From positions 1 to 57,106 of IMG/VR virus record IMGVR_UViG_3300048897_000037: DNA of 57,106 nucleotides; one strand, 5' to 3'. Positions 53,010-57,106 of the stretch are shown here, one piece after another (within the stretch, counting starts at the first letter, position 1; each line of letters starts with the position of its first letter). The position numbers and the translations under genes were made by a program. The stretch is from a virus (lineage: Duplodnaviria; Caudoviricetes). The notes beneath the pieces were generated by a model, which had not been told where the DNA came from, searched no databases, and saw only the letters and a list, made by a program, of their open reading frames with translations.

Positions 53010-53299
53010 GAACGCTCCTTGACGTACACCTCAAGCCATTCTGAGATCCGGGCATGCATGTCGAAAGGGGTATGTGAGTCCCTGGCGTTCTGGAAGCGCA
53101 GCAACTCGTCCGGCCGCCACTGCAGGAAACTGATCAACAGCCCTTGCAGTGCCTGCGCCTGGGCCTGCTCAAACCGTTGCGCGGTCAGGAGCAGGTGGGC
53201 CTGGTGCAGGGCTTCCACGGGGTCCAGGCCGGCGTGCAGGGCATGGGCCAGGACCTCCTTGGTGTGCCGGTACGTCTCCTGGTCCAGGACGTCTTTCAC
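53006..53299 (-). CDS. hypothetical protein
   Basis: GTGA coupling. Confidence 0.55.
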   Translation of the reverse strand: MKDVLDQETYRHTKEVLAHALHAGLDPVEALHQAHLLLTAQRFEQAQAQALQGLLISFLQWRPDELLRFQNARDSHTPFDMHARISEWLEVYVKERS

Positions 53300-53487
53300 T
53301 GGGCCACCCGCACCTCGGTAAGGATCTCCACGCCGTGGCCTGCCCAGTTCGAATGGGTCTCGGCCCAGTAGTCCCGATCCTTGGTGCTGGAGAACGGGAT
53401 CGGCAACTTGGGGGTGCAGGTGTTGCACATGGCCACGTGGAACACCTGGATGTTGGCCTTGCCGTGGATCCTGAGTGTCTCCTGCAT
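53296..53487 (-). CDS. CxxC/His hypothetical protein
   Basis: GGGAGG RBS; CNTC...H...GH. Confidence 0.6.
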   Translation of the reverse strand: MQETLRIHGKANIQVFHVAMCNTCTPKLPIPFSSTKDRDYWAETHSNWAGHGVEILTEVRVAQ

Positions 53488-53556
53488 CTGGCCTCCCAAA
53501 GCCCAGCGGCCCGGCCGCGACATTGGCTGTCTACGACCGGGCCGGGTTCCTCTTCG

Positions 53557-53585
53557 ATACTACCCAGGGATCCCTCCCCAGACAA
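53557..53585 (-). promoter_or_regulatory. sigA-type promoter
   Basis: TTGTCT-N17-TAGTAT with AGGGATCCCT palindrome in spacer. Confidence 0.6.
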
Positions 53586-53588
53586 AGG

Positions 53589-53858
53589 CTATGCGTCCAC
53601 CCGTTCCTCGCGGAGCAGGCGCCGGCCTTCCTCCACCAGGCGCTGCACCGTTCCGATGCGGCTGCCGATCGACTCGGCCAGGCTGGAGTAGCTATACGCC
53701 TTACTCTCGATCAGCTGCACTGCCAGGGTCCGGCGTTCCCGGCCCAGCAGTGGCAGCAGGTGCTGGGACATCCGGGTGATGTTCTCGGCCATCGCCACGA
53801 TGCGCTCGGCTTCGGGCAGCGCGTCAAGCTCCGCCCACATTGCCTCCTCCCATGCCAT
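53589..53858 (-). CDS. HTH DNA-binding protein
   Basis: YSYSSLAESIGSRIGTVQRLVEEGR; AAGGAGG RBS. Confidence 0.65.
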   Translation of the reverse strand: MAWEEAMWAELDALPEAERIVAMAENITRMSQHLLPLLGRERRTLAVQLIESKAYSYSSLAESIGSRIGTVQRLVEEGRRLLREERVDA

Positions 53859-53983
53859 GACTTCCTCCTTGCATTGCTTGTCTCAGCAACATCTTCAGTT
53901 GCTGCGTGTCCACCAGGGAGGTATCCCCCCCCTGGGACCAAGCATACGTCGCATCGGACAACTGTTCAACAGTGAAGATCCAC

Positions 53984-54466
53984 TCAGGCTGCCCGCAACT
54001 CACTGGTACCGCCATCCTTGACCACCTTCATGAACTCGCCGGGCACCCGACTGGGAAGCTCGATCACTGCGTCAGGGCCGTCCCAGGGGATCACCACGGT
54101 CCAGATCCCCCGGCGCCTGGCCTTGCCAATGGCGTCCAGTGTGCCGGTAGAGTTGTTCCGGAGGAAGGCCACGCAGAGGTCACCTCCAGCGGCCATCATC
54201 TGCTCGTTGCGGACCGGACCGGCGGCCTTGCCGTACAGGTCCCAGTCAGCCGGCCACGTGGTCAACATGACCATTTCGGCTATCTCCGACACGTGGGCCC
54301 AGCTGTTGGCGATCTCATCTGCGCCGGTCGGGCACGCGCCGTGGATCAGCTCGAAGCCCTGACCCATGGTGTCGGCCATGTTCAGGGTGGCGTCCAGGAC
54401 CTCGTAGATCCTGTTGATGCCCCACTGGCCCGTCCAGTTCCGGGAGCCGGTAACGATAACTCTCAT
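53984..54466 (-). CDS. SLOG-family (DUF2493/YspA-like) protein
   Basis: MRVIVTGSRNW, IHGACPTGAD, PADW..YGKAAGPVRN, STGT. Confidence 0.85.
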   Translation of the reverse strand: MRVIVTGSRNWTGQWGINRIYEVLDATLNMADTMGQGFELIHGACPTGADEIANSWAHVSEIAEMVMLTTWPADWDLYGKAAGPVRNEQMMAAGGDLCVAFLRNNSTGTLDAIGKARRRGIWTVVIPWDGPDAVIELPSRVPGEFMKVVKDGGTSELRAA

Positions 54467-55044
54467 TCGATATCTCCTTCGGCAAGTTTCCTCAGTCCAG
54501 GCGCCTTGGCTGCCTCGGCATCGGCCAGGACGCGGTTCATCACATACTCGTCCAGGGCCTCACCGAACACGTCCGGGATGTCCCAGCCCAGGGACCGCAG
54601 CCGGAACAGCTGGGTCATGACAGCAGTGGCACCCCGGCCGTCCAGGACCGTGACTTCCATGGTGTCTTCTATAGCCTGCTGCCAGCCCCGGTCCACCTGC
54701 AGGAACGGGATCAGCTCCAGCAGAACCACCACCATCCCCGCCCCAGTGATGGTCCAGCGACCGATGGGTGGCATGTCAGTGGAACCCAGCTCGTTGACGT
54801 GCACGTGCGGCTCGGGGCAGTGATCGTTGCAGCCACGTCGCATGAACTCGGCCTGCGGGATGGCTTTCATCATCTCGGGGTTGGTGCCGGTCATGGAGCT
54901 GAGGCTCCGGATAACTAGGAACTCCTTGCTATTGACGGCGAGGACCGCCTGGGGAGTGGCCCGCATCTTGTTGTTCTTGTAGACCAGGCGACCTTTCAGG
55001 TCCACCACCCCGGCCATCCATCCCAGCCGACCCGGGGGAATCAT
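54463..55044 (-). CDS. LAGLIDADG-like protein
   Basis: LGWMAGVVDLKGRL N-terminal helix; RW.ITG...LL..LIPFL. Confidence 0.55.
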   Translation of the reverse strand: MIPPGRLGWMAGVVDLKGRLVYKNNKMRATPQAVLAVNSKEFLVIRSLSSMTGTNPEMMKAIPQAEFMRRGCNDHCPEPHVHVNELGSTDMPPIGRWTITGAGMVVVLLELIPFLQVDRGWQQAIEDTMEVTVLDGRGATAVMTQLFRLRSLGWDIPDVFGEALDEYVMNRVLADAEAAKAPGLRKLAEGDIE

Positions 55045-55349
55045 TCGCTGAACCGATCAATGTAGGCCGGTTCGATCCGAGCGATCGGGGAAAGAGTCAT
55101 GTAGACCTCGACCACCTCCACTTGGATGTCGCGTTTACGGTCCGACAAGTCCCAGATACGCCAAGCTCCTATTGCCTCCCTTTCGGCATCCTCCCGACTG
55201 GTGTAATCCAATGAGGCGTAGGAGGAACGGTGCCACTTTCCCCAGCTTTCTCCGTCGCCGAAGTTGGAGAATCGTATCCGGACTCGGAAAAAGGTGGACT
55301 CCCCGTCGTCCACCATGCTGTCAGTGCTCACTCTCACCCTCCTCGTCAT
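55041..55349 (-). CDS. hypothetical protein
   Basis: operon position; start uncertain. Confidence 0.55.
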   Translation of the reverse strand: MTRRVRVSTDSMVDDGESTFFRVRIRFSNFGDGESWGKWHRSSYASLDYTSREDAEREAIGAWRIWDLSDRKRDIQVEVVEVYMTLSPIARIEPAYIDRFSE

Positions 55350-55545
55350 CCAGATAATCGAAGTATCGATTCAATAGCTTCATTCTGATCAGGAGATACA
55401 TACCCCAGTCGCCTTGCCAACGGAACTTCCACTCACGTGGACCAATTTCCCTTGTCTTGATGTTCACGGAATGCGTACGCCGGTAGCTAGGAATCCAGTC
55501 CAGTTGTATCACGCACCAGCAGAACGCCCTAAGCCACCGGTTCAC
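55321..55545 (-). CDS. hypothetical protein
   Basis: operon position. Confidence 0.5.
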   Translation of the reverse strand: MNRWLRAFCWCVIQLDWIPSYRRTHSVNIKTREIGPREWKFRWQGDWGMYLLIRMKLLNRYFDYLDDEEGESEH

Positions 55546-55819
55546 GGCCGGCCTTCAGCATGGCCATGGTGTCCCGGGCATTCTGCAGCGACCGGTTGAC
55601 GGCCGCCCGGACAGAGCCATAGGCCCCGTTGCGGGCCACACGCTGCTCCAGGAGCAGAGGTTCCCGGTCGGGGGCAGCTTCCTTGGCCTGCAGGTTCTTG
55701 ATGTCCTTCAGGATGTCCTCCAGGGCCAGGATGTAGCCGTCCACGTAGGCCATCTGAACTTCCCTGGCCTGTTCGGTGACGGCGACCTTGTCCAGGTCCT
55801 TGAATGCGTAATGGGTCAC
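55529..55819 (-). CDS. hypothetical protein
   Basis: GGAGGA RBS, GTGA coupling, high GC3. Confidence 0.6.
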   Translation of the reverse strand: MTHYAFKDLDKVAVTEQAREVQMAYVDGYILALEDILKDIKNLQAKEAAPDREPLLLEQRVARNGAYGSVRAAVNRSLQNARDTMAMLKAGREPVA

Positions 55820-56019
55820 TCGTCGTCCTCCTTCAGTCGAGCCAGGACTTCGGCGTCCTGCTTGATGATGGCCTGTCCACTTTGGACAACCAAGGTGCGG
55901 TGTTGACAGTCACACCAAGTCTTAGCCTGGTGCGGTATGAATGGAGCTGGGTGAGGTAGAAACCGGTCTACTGTCGGGCATTCGTCATGGCGTTGGTCCT
56001 TGCACGGCGCGCAGATCAT
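55816..56019 (-). CDS. Cys/His Zn-binding protein
   Basis: MICAPC....H..C...CDCQHR. Confidence 0.6.
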   Translation of the reverse strand: MICAPCKDQRHDECPTVDRFLPHPAPFIPHQAKTWCDCQHRTLVVQSGQAIIKQDAEVLARLKEDDE

Positions 56020-56224
56020 TGGTCTTCTCCACCCATGTTTTGTATGCGATGTCAGATAGTTCCTGCGCCCAGTTCATCAGAGAATTCAATTGCTGGAGAG
56101 TCATTCCATTGAGCTGCTGCCGAGCTTTGCCTCGGTTACCGGTGATCAGAAGTCCGAGCAGCACCCGGGAGCCATCGGCACCGAACTGGATCTTGTTCCT
56201 GATTCCCTCCGCTTCGCTGGTCAT
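55985..56224 (-). CDS. hypothetical protein (paralogue of 56221-56403)
   Basis: ATGA coupling; similarity to neighbour. Confidence 0.6.
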   Translation of the reverse strand: MTSEAEGIRNKIQFGADGSRVLLGLLITGNRGKARQQLNGMTLQQLNSLMNWAQELSDIAYKTWVEKTNDLRAVQGPTP

Positions 56225-56403
56225 GGCCGGCTCATCTTCTTAATCCGGGTGGCGTAGGCCATCTCTTCCAAGCTGATGGCCCAGGTCTCCAGGACTCGCA
56301 GCTCGTTGGGAAGCATTTTGTCCAGAAGTTCCTGAGCATGGAGATGGTCGCCGTTCATGATGGCCACCAGGATCTCGGTCTTCGTATACGGGGTCTCGTT
56401 CAC
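56221..56403 (-). CDS. hypothetical protein
   Basis: GTGA coupling (VNETPYTKTEILVAI...). Confidence 0.6.
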   Translation of the reverse strand: MNETPYTKTEILVAIMNGDHLHAQELLDKMLPNELRVLETWAISLEEMAYATRIKKMSRP

Positions 56404-56678
56404 TTCGCCGCGTTCAGGCACTTGACCTTCCCCTTCTCCTGGACCGTCTTGGCCGGGCAGTCGGCGATCCCGACCACCCACACGATCCAGCCGTCCTTGT
56501 CGTTGCCGGTGGTGCACGGATGGGTGGCGCCGTGGCCCTGGTTGTCGTCGCAGCGCGGGAACTGGGACACGTCCTGGATGTTCGTGTTCTGGATCTTGGG
56601 TGCGTGGTCGGCGCACCCGGCCGGGGCCGCCGCGCTCATGGCGAGGACGGCGGCGGCCAGGGCAAGCGTCTTGATCAT
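56400..56678 (-). CDS. small secreted or lipoprotein-like Cys-rich protein
   Basis: signal peptide MIKTLALAAAVLAMSAAAPAGC; 4 further Cys. Confidence 0.65.
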   Translation of the reverse strand: MIKTLALAAAVLAMSAAAPAGCADHAPKIQNTNIQDVSQFPRCDDNQGHGATHPCTTGNDKDGWIVWVVGIADCPAKTVQEKGKVKCLNAAK

Positions 56679-56854
56679 CTCTGTCCTTCTTCCTGGTGAC
56701 GGTGCCACTCATCGTGCTGGTCGGCCTTCAGCTCCAGTCGGTACTCATCCCCGCCGAAGAACGCCGTGCAGCACTCCTCACACTCGTACCGGAATTGCCC
56801 GGGCTCTACTTCGTAGACGGCGCCCAAGATCGTTCCGTCGCTTTCGATCTTCAC
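56675..56854 (-). CDS. small CxxC/His protein
   Basis: AAGGAG RBS; hand translation FRYECEECC...HDEWH, 59 aa. Confidence 0.55.
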   Translation of the reverse strand: MKIESDGTILGAVYEVEPGQFRYECEECCTAFFGGDEYRLELKADQHDEWHRHQEEGQR

Positions 56855-57102
56855 TTGGTCTCCTTGATGGGCACCACGACAGCCGGCACCAGCACGATCG
56901 TGCCGTCCGGCTCTCGGGTCACCAGGTATCGATCATGGGTGGCCAGGCCACGGAGGCTGGCCCTTCCACGCTTGTCCAGCGTCACCAGTTGACGGTCCCT
57001 CGGGGGGTACTGGATGCCCCCACGGACCGCGCTCACAACGCCCGGATCGTCGGTCTCGCCCCTCAGGTAGGCGGCGAACTGCTCGGGGTCATCAGTGATC
57101 AT
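56851..57102 (-). CDS. AbrB/MazE-like DNA-binding protein (start at window edge)
   Basis: VTLDKRGRASL...YLVTREPDGTIVLVP. Confidence 0.55.
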   Translation of the reverse strand: MITDDPEQFAAYLRGETDDPGVVSAVRGGIQYPPRDRQLVTLDKRGRASLRGLATHDRYLVTREPDGTIVLVPAVVVPIKETK

Positions 57103-57106
57103 TTCT

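Noticed and set aside
1-57106. Integrase/attP, DNA polymerase, reverse transcriptase or DGR, terminal repeats
   Set aside because: No recombinase, PolA/B or RT motifs were recognised and the window ends do not repeat. The flanking genes point inward from both edges, so their shared control region may lie outside the window.
1-57106. Stop-codon reassignment suggested by the release-factor-like gene and tRNAs
   Set aside because: Genes are intact in code 11 and end in TGA, TAG and TAA; there is no suppressor anticodon.

Overview
This looks like a near-complete ~57 kb high-GC tailed phage genome (siphovirus) infecting an actinomycete. A filamentous host (Micromonospora/Streptomyces-like) is inferred from a DUF2637/SpdA-like gene and HrdB/sigA-type promoters. 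Layout: small early genes on both flanks; a minus-strand replication block (two ParB-like proteins, primase-polymerase/SF3 helicase, SSB-like protein, Cas4-like exonuclease, HTH); a plus-strand virion block (TerL, portal, MuF-like protein, protease, a 2301-aa multidomain protein, probable separate hexamer and pentamer capsid proteins, tail genes); a glycosylation cluster; a lysis cassette; and a right arm with RusA, a GGQ release-factor-like protein, a SLOG protein and a LAGLIDADG-like protein. No integrase, DNA polymerase or CRISPR array was recognised. The most striking unannotated content is non-coding. (1) An antisense RNA operon between the giant gene and the capsid gene (about 25000-25530) holds a kissing-loop RNA, tRNA-Met(CAT) and tRNA-Lys(CTT) (both with non-canonical C33), a tRNA-like cloverleaf and a type I hammerhead ribozyme. 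(2) A second island (2640-3092) has three tandem promoter-driven small RNAs, one a second copy of the same kissing-loop motif. All protein calls come from motif recognition by eye; no database search was run.
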